NCBI GenBank assembly: GCA_963668645.2
Contig: CAXXWC010000010.1
Span: 426,262 to 490,261 of the forward strand
Direction: 5' to 3'
DNA length: 64,000 nt
Source of the DNA: Desulfobacterales bacterium
GTDB taxonomy: Bacteria > Desulfobacterota > Desulfobacteria > Desulfobacterales > UBA2174
The notes under the pieces are model-generated. The model saw only the letters and a list, made by a program, of their open reading frames with translations. It was not told where the DNA came from and did not search any database. Both the position numbers and the translations under genes were made by a program. This document shows, piece after piece, positions 19,513-29,762 of this stretch (positions are counted from its first letter, which is position 1; each line of letters opens with the position of its first letter).

Positions 19513-19613
19513 CGTCATCCCACTCCCCAACTCCCTGTCATCTCGCTCCGCCTCCTCTCGTGCCATCCCGTTCCCCCCAGTCCCATGTCATCCCGAGGAA
19601 CGGCGAGGGATCT
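19513..19613 (+). repeat. Four degenerate tandem units of about 25 bp with a TGTCATCCCG core
   Basis: Cores at 19513, 19536, 19561 and 19586 (spacing 23/25/25) with C-rich spacers. The last unit is TGTCATCCCGAGGAACGGCGAGGGATCT. Confidence 0.5.
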
Positions 19614-19916
19614 GCAGTTGCGCCCACCGGCAGGCCAAGGGCCGCCAAGATCGAAAAATTCCCCGAGATGGAGCAGTCGCAGGACGTTGACAGGACCGTG
19701 CTTGTTGACCCTAAAGATTGGGTACCCATTACAGTTTCCTGCGTACTGTCTCAGTACGGTCAAACAGTCCCGAACATCGGATTCGCCCGAATCACCCAGG
19801 CAAGATTCACAACCGTTTACCCCGGATGCAGGTTCCTGCAGTCGATCTTGACGAGGGTCGACCGTTATCACGCGCCAGCGTGGCGTTTCACATCGCATTG
19901 ACGGCCGGTAGGCGCC

Positions 19917-21353
19917 GTGACCAGAAACAGGTTCATCTGCCAATGCATCTATGACACATTGGATGGTCTCAGGGACGGGCTGTCCCACTTTTCAGGCCCC
20001 AGCCGGGCGGCGCTGATCTATGCCATCCATCGGGACGACCCGGTTCACATCTTCGATCCGCAGAATCTGCTCCAGGGGCATGAGCCCTTTTTCCGCGAGC
20101 TGTATCTCGATTCGGATCAGTGGCGCGTCTCGGCGCCCCAATCGGCCGGGCGCCAGAAACTCTGCCATGTGGCCCCGGAAAAGAATCTCCAGCTCGCCGG
20201 GCTGATCTCCTTCGGCGGCCGATCCGGTTCGGTCTACTATCAAATGTGGTTCACCGAACACCATCCGGACATGTGCGCCGTCGGGCCCACCGAACGATGG
20301 CTGGAGCATGCCGCCTGGTGCCTTTCCCACGACATCACCAACGAAGAGGAACTCTATACCGGGATCTCGGGCGCTTTTTTAAGAGGGTATGCCACCCATG
20401 CGGTCAGGGACCACATCATCGACGAAATGAACGTGATTCTCGGCTGGGACACCGATCTGAGGGTTTACCCGGTTCTGGATGCCATCCTCGGCATCTCGCG
20501 AACCATCGAAGAAGGCTCCTGGGCCAGGGGCCACCTGCTTTTTGTGGAGAGCAAGGTGATCCCCACCATGTCCTTTGTGGCCAAGTTTCCGGAAAACGAG
20601 CGGGTGGCGCTGAACAACTTCAAACATGTGCGCAAGCTGCTGCTGGCCGTGGAAGACTCCCGGCGCCAGCTTGTTTCCGACGGCCGGAACATCGTGGGCA
20701 TCGCCGAGGATCAGCGGCCGATCTTTTCCCTTACGGCCAACTTCTGCGGCGGCCACGGATTCCTGAGATCCACCGGCGGAGAAATATGCAGTTTTTTCGA
20801 CGGCAACTTCAAATCCACCACCCGCCAGGCCAACCTGGTGCAGGTGGAAGAGATCCTGCTGGAAACCGATCTCGATTCCGCCGAAGGGACGGCCCTGTTC
20901 AAAATCATCTCCGAACTGGTCCACAGCGCAGAAACCCTGAAGCACGGATGCACCCTGGTGGTCGACTTCAACGATTCCCCGGTCTACATCTCCGGCCAGA
21001 AGATCGAATGCCCGCTGGATCTGAACCAGCCGAACCTGCTGGATCTGGCCAAATCCCTGGCTAGGGTCGACGGGGCTTTGCATATCAGCAAGGAACGCCA
21101 TCTGGTGGGATTTGCCTGCCTGCTCGACGGTCGCACCGTGCCGGGCGAAGACCGGGCCAGGGGGGCGCGCTTCAACTCGGCGGTCAGATTCACCGCCGAG
21201 CATGAAGGGATTTTCGTCGTGGTGGTTTCCTCGGATCGCCCGGTTTCGGTGATCCAGGACGGCATCGAAATCTCGGCCCAATGCCAATGGAATCCGGTAA
21301 CCACCTGCACGGTTTCCCCGCCGATACTCAGGGACTGGATCAACGGGGCCTGA
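19917..21353 (+). CDS. DisA_N/diadenylate cyclase (DAC) domain protein with long N-terminal region
   Basis: HGCTLVVD, LARVDGALHI, RGARFNSA, VVVVSSD. The DAC DGA motif is present and the RHR motif reads RFN. Confidence 0.8.
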   Translation: MTRNRFICQCIYDTLDGLRDGLSHFSGPSRAALIYAIHRDDPVHIFDPQNLLQGHEPFFRELYLDSDQWRVSAPQSAGRQKLCHVAPEKNLQLAGLISFGGRSGSVYYQMWFTEHHPDMCAVGPTERWLEHAAWCLSHDITNEEELYTGISGAFLRGYATHAVRDHIIDEMNVILGWDTDLRVYPVLDAILGISRTIEEGSWARGHLLFVESKVIPTMSFVAKFPENERVALNNFKHVRKLLLAVEDSRRQLVSDGRNIVGIAEDQRPIFSLTANFCGGHGFLRSTGGEICSFFDGNFKSTTRQANLVQVEEILLETDLDSAEGTALFKIISELVHSAETLKHGCTLVVDFNDSPVYISGQKIECPLDLNQPNLLDLAKSLARVDGALHISKERHLVGFACLLDGRTVPGEDRARGARFNSAVRFTAEHEGIFVVVVSSDRPVSVIQDGIEISAQCQWNPVTTCTVSPPILRDWINGA

Positions 21354-21359
21354 GGTCGT
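21184..21359 (+). repeat. Left copy of an imperfect direct repeat of about 175 bp (3' end of the DAC gene)
   Basis: Aligns by eye with 31773-31945, e.g. TCGGTGATCCAGGACGGCATCGAAAT and CTCAGGGACTGGATCAACGGGG. Confidence 0.9.
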
Positions 21360-21416
21360 CGTGATAGAGTCCGGCACGACGCCCTGGCCTTAGAGTCGTT
21401 TTCCTCCTGGAGGTCT

Positions 21417-21433
21417 CCATCGAGACCCTTGGG
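21417..21433 (+). repeat. 17-bp direct repeat, copy 1
   Basis: CCATCGAGACCCTTGGG is identical to 30981-30997. Confidence 0.8.
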
Positions 21434-22030
21434 TGAAGATGGGCCACAGCCTTTCAGAAAGGATGTCGGTTTGCTGGGCACGAAGCTTACCATGGAGACG
21501 GAATTGACTCGTTAATTTTGGGATGAACTGAACTACCATTAATATTAACAGAAAACAGATATGGCATCCCATTTTTAAACACTTCGGCTGTTCACGGTGA
21601 GAGCATCATAAAATACTGTATTGAACAGTAAAAAAATCATAATCGGATAAGGGTAAGTTGTTCTCCCCCTTGCAACACTACCTATCAGTACGTTCAATAA
21701 ATGACATAACAATATGGTAACATATCCCACCCATAAGGGGAAAAGGCCATGCCCCCACAGAGGGCGGATAGCTATAACCCCAACCATGGAGTAACATCAC
21801 TAATTAAAACATAATTTCAAAAAATGCTGTAAAACGTATTGGTTTTTTAAAAAATATTTTTCAAGTGCAAATTCGGTCGAAGTCGACTCATCGCCGCAGA
21901 TAAGATTTGGCGATTGGCTCACTACCTGTTGTGATCTGTTCGCAGGGTATGCAGCATTTTGTTGTGAAAAAAAGTTATAGCAAAACGCTATATGTGAAAA
22001 AATAGAACTTGTGACGGTTTTGGATATAGT

Positions 22031-22060
22031 GATAAATTATTATCATGATAATTATGATAA
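22031..22060. promoter_or_regulatory. AT-rich palindromic operator candidate upstream of the GRE operon
   Basis: Perfect palindrome TTATCATGATAA (22040-22051) with repeated (T)GATAA half-sites, about 200 bp before the GRE start. Confidence 0.4.
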
Positions 22061-22259
22061 AAGACACGCCGTATTCAACCCAACTGAATGGCCGCAGGAA
22101 ACCACAAAACCGACCTCGCTTAAAACAACTCGATGCGTTTGGAATACAAAATCAAACTAAAAATAGGAAAAAATTTACGGCTATGTGATTTTTTTGTGAA
22201 AATATCAAATGTGATTTTGAACAGATATTCACAATGGTACCCATAACAGGAGACAAACG

Positions 22260-24737
22260 ATGCAAGCATGTTGTTCCATCACGATGACGCCCCAGGAGGA
22301 GCGCCTACTGGCGAAAATTGACTCTGCAGTGCCGCATCGCGAGCGGACGTTGAAGCTGGCACGCGTCATCACCGATTCCCAGGTCAGCATGGACATCAGC
22401 CGCGGCCGACTGTTCACGGAATCGATGAAGCAAACGGAGGGACAGCCTGTGGACATGCGCTGGGCCAGGGCACTACTTCATATTGCGCAGAACATTCCGG
22501 TCTGCATCTATGACGGGGAACTACTTGTCGGCAAAGTATGCGGTCAAATGGGACGATGCGGCATTCTGTATCCAGAGCTTGAAGGTTCTGTGATGATGGA
22601 GATCGAAACAGCCGACAGCCGGGCTGTCAGCCCGTATCACATCGGCGCGGATGATCTGAAAATCATCAAGGAAGAAATTTATCCGTACTGGAAGGATAAA
22701 AGTTACGCACAGGCCTATGCCAACAACATGCCACCGGAAACAAGACGTTTTTACTACGGCGACGATCCCAGTAACCACACGGTGCAGCAGGCCATTGTGG
22801 TGCAGGCCACCACAGGCCGTTCCTCGCTCAACTGGAATATCGACTACTCAGGGTTTTTGTCGAAAGGCATTTGCGGCCTGAAGACCGAAGCGGAAAAAAA
22901 GATAGCGGAGTTCAGAAAAAATCCTTCGGACTATGTGAAATTCGGAAACTTCTGGGAAGTCAGTCTCATGGCGTTAGAGGCCTTTTCCGTTTTTGCCCGA
23001 AGGTATGCCGAAGAAGCCCGGCGGCTGGCTGACAAGGAACAGAATGTGGTCCGGCGCACCGAGCTGGAAACCATCAGCTTAAACTGCGCCTGGGTAGCGG
23101 AAAATCCGCCCCGCACCTTCTGGGAAGCGCTGCAAGTGCAGTGGTTCATCGTGGCCGTTTCCCGCCTGGAGCAACACATAGGCGCGGGCCTCGGCAACGG
23201 GCGCATGGATCAGTTCCTTCTTCCCTACTATCAGCGGGACGTGAAAAACGGCATTCTCACCCGCCTTCAGGCCCGGGAACTGTTTGAATGCTTCTGGCTG
23301 AATCTGGCCCAGATTCCGATTCTCTTCACGTCCGACAACTACGGGGCGACCCATGACGGCTTTGCCCACTTCGAAACAGTGACCATCGGCGGACAGACGC
23401 CTGACGGCAAGGACGCTACCAATGAACTCTCCTTTCTGATTCTGGAGTCTAAGCGCGACTTCCCCATCCCCTATCCTGACTTGGCGGCACGCATCCACTC
23501 CGGCACACCGGACAAATTCCTGAAAGCCTGCTGCGAGACGATCAAGGACGGACAGGGCTTCCCCAAGCTGATCAATGATGAGGAAATCGTCCCGCTGTAT
23601 GTGGCCAAGGGCGAGAAACTCAAGGACGCCTTTGACTTCGCCTGTTCCGGCTGCACCGAAGTACGCATCGCCCAGCGGGAAAGCTACGCAAACCCCGGTC
23701 CGTTCCTCAATCTGGCGGCCATCATCGAGATGACACTGCGAAACGGTCGCCTGCTGGCGTTGGGGGACAAGCCTTTCGGCCTGGAAACCGGCAATCCTCA
23801 GGATTTCAAGACGTATGATGAATTCTTCGCGGCCCTGCGTCGGCAGTACGAATACGTGCTCTATCAGGCTATCGTGCAGCAGGCGGTAGCCGACCGGATC
23901 AAACCGGCCGTTTTGGCCGCGCCGTTCCAGTCGATCACGACGCCGGCCTGCCGGGCGGCGTCAGTGGGCATATATGAGTACGTGCCGAACAGCTTCCGGG
24001 AAACTTACATGGATCAGGTAGGGTTCGCCACTCTGGCCGACTCCGTCGTCGCCATCAAGAAGCTGGTGTACGAGGAAAAACAGTTTACTATGGAAGATCT
24101 CATGAAGGCCCTGGACGCCAACTTCGAAGGGTACGAGATCATCCGCCAGCTTGTACTGCATGCTCCCAAATACGGTAACAACGACGCCTATGCCGACGCC
24201 GTAGGCCGGGAACTGGACGCCATTACAGCCGAGTTTGTCGGCAAATACCGGGGACTTCACGGCGAAATTTTCTCCAGCCGCATGGTGCCGGTGACCAACC
24301 ATATCCTGGCCGGCCGCCGCATTTCCGCCACGCCCAATGGCCGCCTGCAATGGCAGTATCTGTCTGAAGGCTGCGGCGCGTCGCACGGATGCGACGTGCA
24401 GGGCCCCACGGCGGTGTTGCTGTCCAACAAGAAGATCAAGCACGAGGGCTGTACGGAACGGGCGGCGCGGCTACTCAATATCAAGCTTTCGCCCGTTGCA
24501 CTGGCCGGAGAGGAAGGAACCAGAAAACTCATGAGCTTTGTACGAACCTGGTGCGACCTCAGAATCTGGCATGTGCAGTTTAACGTGATCAATCGGGCAA
24601 CGCTGGAAAAGGCCAAGGCCCATCCGGAGGACTACCGGAATCTTATTGTCCGCGTGGCCGGCTACAGCGCCTATTTCTGCGAGCTCTCCCCACAGCTTCA
24701 GGATGAAATTATCGCAAGAACGGAACATGTGATTTAG
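22260..24737 (+). CDS. Glycyl radical enzyme, divergent member of the isethionate/DHPS sulfite-lyase (IslA/HpsG-like) group
   Basis: RBS AGGAG. RVAGYSAYF (Gly801), SGCTE (Cys465/Glu467), GILYPEL, NGRMDQ, VTIGGQTPDGKDATN, YPDLAARIH, RAARLLNIKL, RTWCDLRIWHVQFN. Confidence 0.9.
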   Translation: MQACCSITMTPQEERLLAKIDSAVPHRERTLKLARVITDSQVSMDISRGRLFTESMKQTEGQPVDMRWARALLHIAQNIPVCIYDGELLVGKVCGQMGRCGILYPELEGSVMMEIETADSRAVSPYHIGADDLKIIKEEIYPYWKDKSYAQAYANNMPPETRRFYYGDDPSNHTVQQAIVVQATTGRSSLNWNIDYSGFLSKGICGLKTEAEKKIAEFRKNPSDYVKFGNFWEVSLMALEAFSVFARRYAEEARRLADKEQNVVRRTELETISLNCAWVAENPPRTFWEALQVQWFIVAVSRLEQHIGAGLGNGRMDQFLLPYYQRDVKNGILTRLQARELFECFWLNLAQIPILFTSDNYGATHDGFAHFETVTIGGQTPDGKDATNELSFLILESKRDFPIPYPDLAARIHSGTPDKFLKACCETIKDGQGFPKLINDEEIVPLYVAKGEKLKDAFDFACSGCTEVRIAQRESYANPGPFLNLAAIIEMTLRNGRLLALGDKPFGLETGNPQDFKTYDEFFAALRRQYEYVLYQAIVQQAVADRIKPAVLAAPFQSITTPACRAASVGIYEYVPNSFRETYMDQVGFATLADSVVAIKKLVYEEKQFTMEDLMKALDANFEGYEIIRQLVLHAPKYGNNDAYADAVGRELDAITAEFVGKYRGLHGEIFSSRMVPVTNHILAGRRISATPNGRLQWQYLSEGCGASHGCDVQGPTAVLLSNKKIKHEGCTERAARLLNIKLSPVALAGEEGTRKLMSFVRTWCDLRIWHVQFNVINRATLEKAKAHPEDYRNLIVRVAGYSAYFCELSPQLQDEIIARTEHVI

Positions 24738-24746
24738 GCTTTTTTC

Positions 24747-24766
24747 GCGGCGGAGCATTCCGCCGC
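24747..24766. terminator. Intergenic GC hairpin after the GRE gene
   Basis: GCGGCGGA-GCAT-TCCGCCGC. There is no strong U-tract, so it may be an RNA-stability element. Confidence 0.4.
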
Positions 24767-24820
24767 CGCGTTTCTACAATCGTCCTTTCCGCTTGGAAGT
24801 TCTAACTGAAGGAGAAAAAA

Positions 24821-25834
24821 ATGAAACGGGTGTTCCTTTCCCTTACGGCGATGTTGCTGGCTTGCGCAGGCGTCTTTTTCACGGATTACGCACAAGCCAA
24901 GCCCCTCAAACTACGGCTTGCGTCAGTGACGACCACCACCGACCACCTCGGCCTCGGACTGACCCGATTCAAGGAACTGGTGGAAAAAAAATCCGGCAAG
25001 TCCATGAAGGTGCAGCTTTTCATGAACGCGCAACTCGGCAGTGACCGCGTGATCGCCGAGGCCGTGCAGAAAGGCACGCTGGACATGGCACTCATCTCAC
25101 AGGGCAATCTTTCTCTTTTCTGCAGCGATTTTCTTATTTTCGAATTGCCCCATTACATCAACCCCACTGCGGAAAACCGCGCCAAGCTCTATGCCTCGCT
25201 CGACAGGGGGGAACTGGGGCAGTATCTGAGAAAGCTGCTGAACAAGGTCGGTTTCGAACCCCTTTTTTATCCCGAAACCGGTATTCGCCAGCACATTTTC
25301 GGCAGCAAGAAAGTCACCGACGTCGCGGGGCTGAAAAACGTCAAAATGCGCATTACCGACTCGGTGGTGGAGCTTGAAAATTGCAAGGCGCTGAGCATCT
25401 ACCCGGTCGCCATGGGATTCGGGGAAGTGCTGACCGCCATGCGCCAGGGGACCGTGGACGCCTTCGGGCTGCCGCTGGCCTCGCTGGCGACCATGAACAG
25501 GGATGCCGAGATCGCCAAGTACGCCCTTCTGACCAATTATCTCTATTACATGAGCCCGGTTGTCATCAACCTGAAGAGACTCCGGTCGCTGACACCCGAC
25601 CAGCAAAAAATCCTCCGCGAAGCCGCACAGGAAGCCGTCGATTTTGAACGCAAGGAACTGGACCGCCAGGAAGCCGCCGCCCGTGAGCAGCTTGTCAGGG
25701 AAGGCATGCAGATTTTCGAACTGAGCCCTGAAGAGCTCAAAAAGTTCGACGATCTCATCCGGCCGGTATGGGATAAGTTCAACGACAAGATTTCGAAGGA
25801 AACGTTCGAAGTCGTGGCGCGCGCCCTGCAATGA
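24821..25834 (+). CDS. dctP: TRAP transporter substrate-binding protein DctP
   Basis: Signal peptide, FKELVEKKSG, AQLGSDR, GTLDM, GLKNVKMR, EVLTAMRQGTVD. RBS AAGGAG. Confidence 0.9.
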   Translation: MKRVFLSLTAMLLACAGVFFTDYAQAKPLKLRLASVTTTTDHLGLGLTRFKELVEKKSGKSMKVQLFMNAQLGSDRVIAEAVQKGTLDMALISQGNLSLFCSDFLIFELPHYINPTAENRAKLYASLDRGELGQYLRKLLNKVGFEPLFYPETGIRQHIFGSKKVTDVAGLKNVKMRITDSVVELENCKALSIYPVAMGFGEVLTAMRQGTVDAFGLPLASLATMNRDAEIAKYALLTNYLYYMSPVVINLKRLRSLTPDQQKILREAAQEAVDFERKELDRQEAAAREQLVREGMQIFELSPEELKKFDDLIRPVWDKFNDKISKETFEVVARALQ

Positions 25835-25841
25835 CATGAAT

Positions 25842-25874
25842 CCGGGGACAGGTGGGCAGACCACCCGTCCCCGG
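25842..25874. other. Strong hairpin between dctP and dctQM
   Basis: CCGGGGACAGGTGG-GCAGA-CCACCCGTCCCCGG, a 14-bp stem with one mismatch. Confidence 0.55.
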
Positions 25875-25914
25875 CGGTTTCTTCCAAAAGCCATAGTTGT
25901 GGAAGGTTCTCCCC

Positions 25915-27771
25915 ATGTTCAAGAAATGTCTGGCATGGTGCGACGAATACGCAGAAAAGCTTGTTCTCGCCATCGGCCTCCTGCTCATCATCCATATCGT
26001 TTTTCTTCAGACAGCCTACCGTTACGTGTTTTCTTCCTTCTTTTCCGGGGCTGAGGCGCTGATCTGGACCGAAGAGACCGCACGGCTCGTCTGCGTCTGG
26101 ATCACCTATCTCGGTCTGCCGCTGTGCGTGAAATACGCCAAGTCCGTACGGGTGACGGTTCTCTATGAGGTGATGCCGCAGCGCATCAAGGCCGTTCTGG
26201 ACAATCTGGGGGCCTTCGTATTCCTGCTTCTTTGCTACATTATCGTAGCCAAGGGATGTACTCACATCCAGATGGTGCGGGAATTCAAGCAGGCAACGCC
26301 CATGCTGGGCCTTCCCCAGTACATCCCTTATCTGATTCTTCCCATCGCGTTTTCGCTGACCGCCATGCGGCTGTTGCAGGAGATCTGGAAAAACGTCCGT
26401 GAGTCCGGATGGCTCAACGTGTTTATCGCCGGCCTGTTGATGGCCGCGCTTTTTGTGCCGGTATATCTGGCTGATGAGGAAGGCAACGCCGCCGTTTTCA
26501 TGTTCGGGTACTTCCTGCTGTTCACGTTCCTGAGCGTGCCCCTGGGCGTGGCCATCGGCCTGGCCTGTATCGCAACCATCTGGGGCTGCGGCACGCTGCC
26601 CATCGACTACGTGGCCACCACCACCTTTACCGCCGTTGACAGCTTTACGCTCATGGCCGTGCCCTTTTTCATCGCGGCGGGCACGTTCATGGGCGTGGGC
26701 GGGCTTTCCACGCGGCTGATCCGGCTGGCCGACGGCCTTCTCGGCAGGTATTACGGTGGAATGGCCATGGCCTCAATCCTGACCTGTATGTTCTTTGCCG
26801 CCATCAGCGGTTCCGGACCGGCCACCGTAGCCGCCATCGGCTGTATTACCATCCCGGCCATGCTGGAACGGGGCTACAGCCGGAAATTCGCCACGGCGAT
26901 CGTTGCTGCGGCGGGCATCATGGGCGTCATCATTCCACCGAGCAACCCACTGCTGCTGTATGGCATCACCGCGCAGGAATCCATCGTAAAGCTGTTTGCA
27001 GGCGGTCTGGTGCCCGGAATACTATGCGGTGGCGCGCTCATGCTGGCGGCCTACGTCATCTCCCGCAAAAACGGCTGGCGCGGCGGCGAAACCTCCCGGA
27101 TGTCGAAGCGGGAACTGCTGCACGTCGCGTGGAATGCCAAATGGGCGCTGGCCGTGCCCGTGATCATTCTGGGCGGTATCTACTGCGGTATCATGACGCC
27201 TACAGAGGCGGCTGCCGTGGCGGCGTTCTACGGGCTCTACGTAGGGCTTTTCGTCTACCGGGAAATTCGGTGGTCCAACCTGCTTGAAACGCTGACCGAA
27301 CCGATCATCATTTACGCGAGCATCAACATCATCTTTGCTATGGCCAACCTTCTTGGCAATTTACTCACCATCGAGCAGATTCCCGTGCAGTTGGCGGAAT
27401 TCGTTACCAGCGTCACCAGGGACAAGTTCATGATCCTGCTACTGCTCAATCTCGGTCTGATAGTGGTAGGCACCTTCATGGAACCGCTCGGCGCCACTAT
27501 CATCCTGACGCCCATTTTGCTGCCGGTAATCAAAGCTGTGGGCATCAACCCGGTTCATTTCGGGGTGATCATGACCCTCAATCTGGCCATCGGCTTCCTG
27601 ACACCACCTATCGGCATGAACCTGTTCATCGCGAGTACTATCGGCGACGTCAGCGTGGAGCAGCTGGCGCGAGGCGTGCTGCCGTTCCTGGCGCTACTTC
27701 TTGTTGTCCTTGCACTGGTGAACGTATTCCCGCAGATCACGCTCTTTCTGCCTTCACTGATAGGCCGATAA
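25915..27771 (+). CDS. TRAP transporter fused small and large permease DctQM
   Basis: N-terminal DctQ part (WTEETARL) followed by DctM motifs AVPFFI, AISGSGPATVAAIG, IIPPS, TPTEAA, HFGVI, TPPIGMNLF. Confidence 0.92.
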   Translation: MFKKCLAWCDEYAEKLVLAIGLLLIIHIVFLQTAYRYVFSSFFSGAEALIWTEETARLVCVWITYLGLPLCVKYAKSVRVTVLYEVMPQRIKAVLDNLGAFVFLLLCYIIVAKGCTHIQMVREFKQATPMLGLPQYIPYLILPIAFSLTAMRLLQEIWKNVRESGWLNVFIAGLLMAALFVPVYLADEEGNAAVFMFGYFLLFTFLSVPLGVAIGLACIATIWGCGTLPIDYVATTTFTAVDSFTLMAVPFFIAAGTFMGVGGLSTRLIRLADGLLGRYYGGMAMASILTCMFFAAISGSGPATVAAIGCITIPAMLERGYSRKFATAIVAAAGIMGVIIPPSNPLLLYGITAQESIVKLFAGGLVPGILCGGALMLAAYVISRKNGWRGGETSRMSKRELLHVAWNAKWALAVPVIILGGIYCGIMTPTEAAAVAAFYGLYVGLFVYREIRWSNLLETLTEPIIIYASINIIFAMANLLGNLLTIEQIPVQLAEFVTSVTRDKFMILLLLNLGLIVVGTFMEPLGATIILTPILLPVIKAVGINPVHFGVIMTLNLAIGFLTPPIGMNLFIASTIGDVSVEQLARGVLPFLALLLVVLALVNVFPQITLFLPSLIGR

Positions 27772-27906
27772 CGAGACGGCAGACACGCCATCATTCTATG
27801 GTTTAATCCATCCCGGAAACTTGCGGAAATGCCGGCACCTCGCCCTTTGTCCGCAAACACGAGTAAAGCCAACAATCGCCTATGATTGCAATAAGGAGAA
27901 CACGCT

Positions 27907-28746
27907 ATGGATTTGCATATAAACGGCAAGGTTGCCCTGGTTACGGGTGGGACCCAGGGACTCGGCATGGCCATCGTCAAGACTTTGGCTACGGAGGGTG
28001 CCAAAGTCGCTTTCTGCGGCAGGAATGAGGAAAAGAACGAAAAAGTGGCAGCCTGTTACCGTAAAAGCGGCTATGACGTTTTCCCTGTGCAGTGCGACGT
28101 TAGCGATAGCACTGCGGTAAATAACATGTTCGCGAAGGTCGCGGATTATTACGGAACGCTTGATATTTTAGTCAACAACGCGGCAACGCTCCGGTCTAAC
28201 CCTCGGGGGTACGCGGATCGACTTAAATTTCTGGAACTAGTGGCCAAGCCCGGCAAGAAGTTTTCGCTGGAGATCACCAAGAACATGCCCGATGAAGAGT
28301 GGGAAGCCTTCATTCACAACAATCTTACCAGTGTCTTCTATTGTTGCCGCGAAGCGCTGAACATCATGGAAGCCAAACAGTACGGCCGGATTGTCAACAT
28401 GGCCTCCATCGCGGGACTGGCCAACAAAAGCGCGCACAGTCCCCATTATTCCGCTGCCAAGGGCGGCATTGTCGCCTTTACCCGAAGTCTGGCGCTGGAA
28501 GTGGCCGGCGCGGGCATCACCGTAAACGCCGTCGCGCCCGGCATGTGTGCCATGGAAGAACCGGGCTGGTGGGACGCGTTCCTGAAGAACATGACCCAGG
28601 AAGGGTATGAGCTCTTCCTGGAGATGATTCCACTGGGACGGTTCAGCACCGTGCAGGAACAGGCCAACGCCGTCGCGTTTCTGGCCAGCGACGCTGCCAG
28701 CTACATCACCGGCCAGACGCTTGCCGTCAACGGTGGGATGTTCTAG
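27907..28746 (+). CDS. SDR family NAD(P)-dependent oxidoreductase
   Basis: TGGTQGLG, LVNNA, YSAAK, VNAVAPG, ITGQTLAVNGG. Confidence 0.93.
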   Translation: MDLHINGKVALVTGGTQGLGMAIVKTLATEGAKVAFCGRNEEKNEKVAACYRKSGYDVFPVQCDVSDSTAVNNMFAKVADYYGTLDILVNNAATLRSNPRGYADRLKFLELVAKPGKKFSLEITKNMPDEEWEAFIHNNLTSVFYCCREALNIMEAKQYGRIVNMASIAGLANKSAHSPHYSAAKGGIVAFTRSLALEVAGAGITVNAVAPGMCAMEEPGWWDAFLKNMTQEGYELFLEMIPLGRFSTVQEQANAVAFLASDAASYITGQTLAVNGGMF

Positions 28747-28829
28747 CCATAAGCGGTCGCACATCCGAAACCATCCGAACAAGCAACCGTACGTCACAGC
28801 GGTTTTCACCAACGCAACGGAGGAGCACC

Positions 28830-29762
28830 GTGAAACAGGATAGGGAACACGGCTTGGTTTTTAATATCCAGAAGTTCTGCGTCCATGACGGTCCCGGCAT
28901 CAGGAGTATCGTTTTTTTCAAGGGATGCCCGCTGTCCTGCAAATGGTGCTCCAATCCTGAAGGCATTTCGGCCTACCCCGAACTCGCCTACAAGAAGAGC
29001 AAATGTATCACGATGGAAAAGTGCGGCCTTTGCGTCAGGGCCTGCCCCCGGAACGCCATCGCTGCGGACACCGAAGGGCGGGCGACTATCCGGCGGGAAG
29101 TCTGCGATGCCTGCATGGCCTGCGTTGATGCCTGTCCGGCCAAAGCGATCGAGCGCATGGGGCGGCTCATGACCGTGGAGGAAATTCTGGAGGAGATCAC
29201 CTCCGATGCAGCTTTTTTTGCCCGTTCCGGCGGTGGCATGACCCTCAGCGGCGGCGAACCGCTTTTGCAGGCGGAATTCGTGACCTCGCTGCTGCTGCAG
29301 GCCCGTGCTGAGGGACTGGAAAGCGCCATCGAAACCACCGGATGCGTGCCGTGGGAGCAGGCGGAACCGGTCTTTCGAGAACTGGACTTCATCTATTTTG
29401 ATCTGAAGATGCTGGACCCGGTCAAACACCGGACCTTCACCGGACGTTCCAACGAACGCATTCTGGAGAACTTCAAACGGCTCTGCGTCCAGTTCGGAGA
29501 CAAGCCTATCGTCGCACGCACGCCGGTCATTCCCGGAGTCAACGATACTGTCGATGATATTCAACGAATCGCCGACTTTATCGGCGAAGCCGGGAAGCAC
29601 GCGGCGAATCTCCGTTATGAGCTGCTGCCGTTCCATAATTTCGGCAGTTCGAAGTACGAATTCCAAAACAAGGCGTATCTGTTCGAAAACGAAAGCAATA
29701 TGGATAATGCGTTTATCTCCGTGCTGAAACAGCAGATCAACGCCTCCGTGCCTTTAATTTAG
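28830..29762 (+). CDS. Glycyl-radical enzyme activating enzyme (radical SAM with ferredoxin insert)
   Basis: HDGPGIR, KGCPLSCKWCSNPE, two ferredoxin-type Cys clusters, SGGEPLLQ, ETTG. Confidence 0.95.
   Translation: MKQDREHGLVFNIQKFCVHDGPGIRSIVFFKGCPLSCKWCSNPEGISAYPELAYKKSKCITMEKCGLCVRACPRNAIAADTEGRATIRREVCDACMACVDACPAKAIERMGRLMTVEEILEEITSDAAFFARSGGGMTLSGGEPLLQAEFVTSLLLQARAEGLESAIETTGCVPWEQAEPVFRELDFIYFDLKMLDPVKHRTFTGRSNERILENFKRLCVQFGDKPIVARTPVIPGVNDTVDDIQRIADFIGEAGKHAANLRYELLPFHNFGSSKYEFQNKAYLFENESNMDNAFISVLKQQINASVPLI

Noticed and set aside
19513..19613. Short periodic repeats as a mini-CRISPR
   Set aside because: Cores are about 10 bp and degenerate, spacers are about 15 bp and low-complexity, and there are no cas genes.
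19515..19988. 157-aa minus-strand ORF upstream of the DAC gene
   Set aside because: Overlaps the DAC start and the repeat tract, and shows no protein-like motifs.
21575..21787. 70-aa hydrophobic minus-strand ORF in AT-rich DNA
   Set aside because: No clear RBS or family signal. It may be a relic but cannot be supported.
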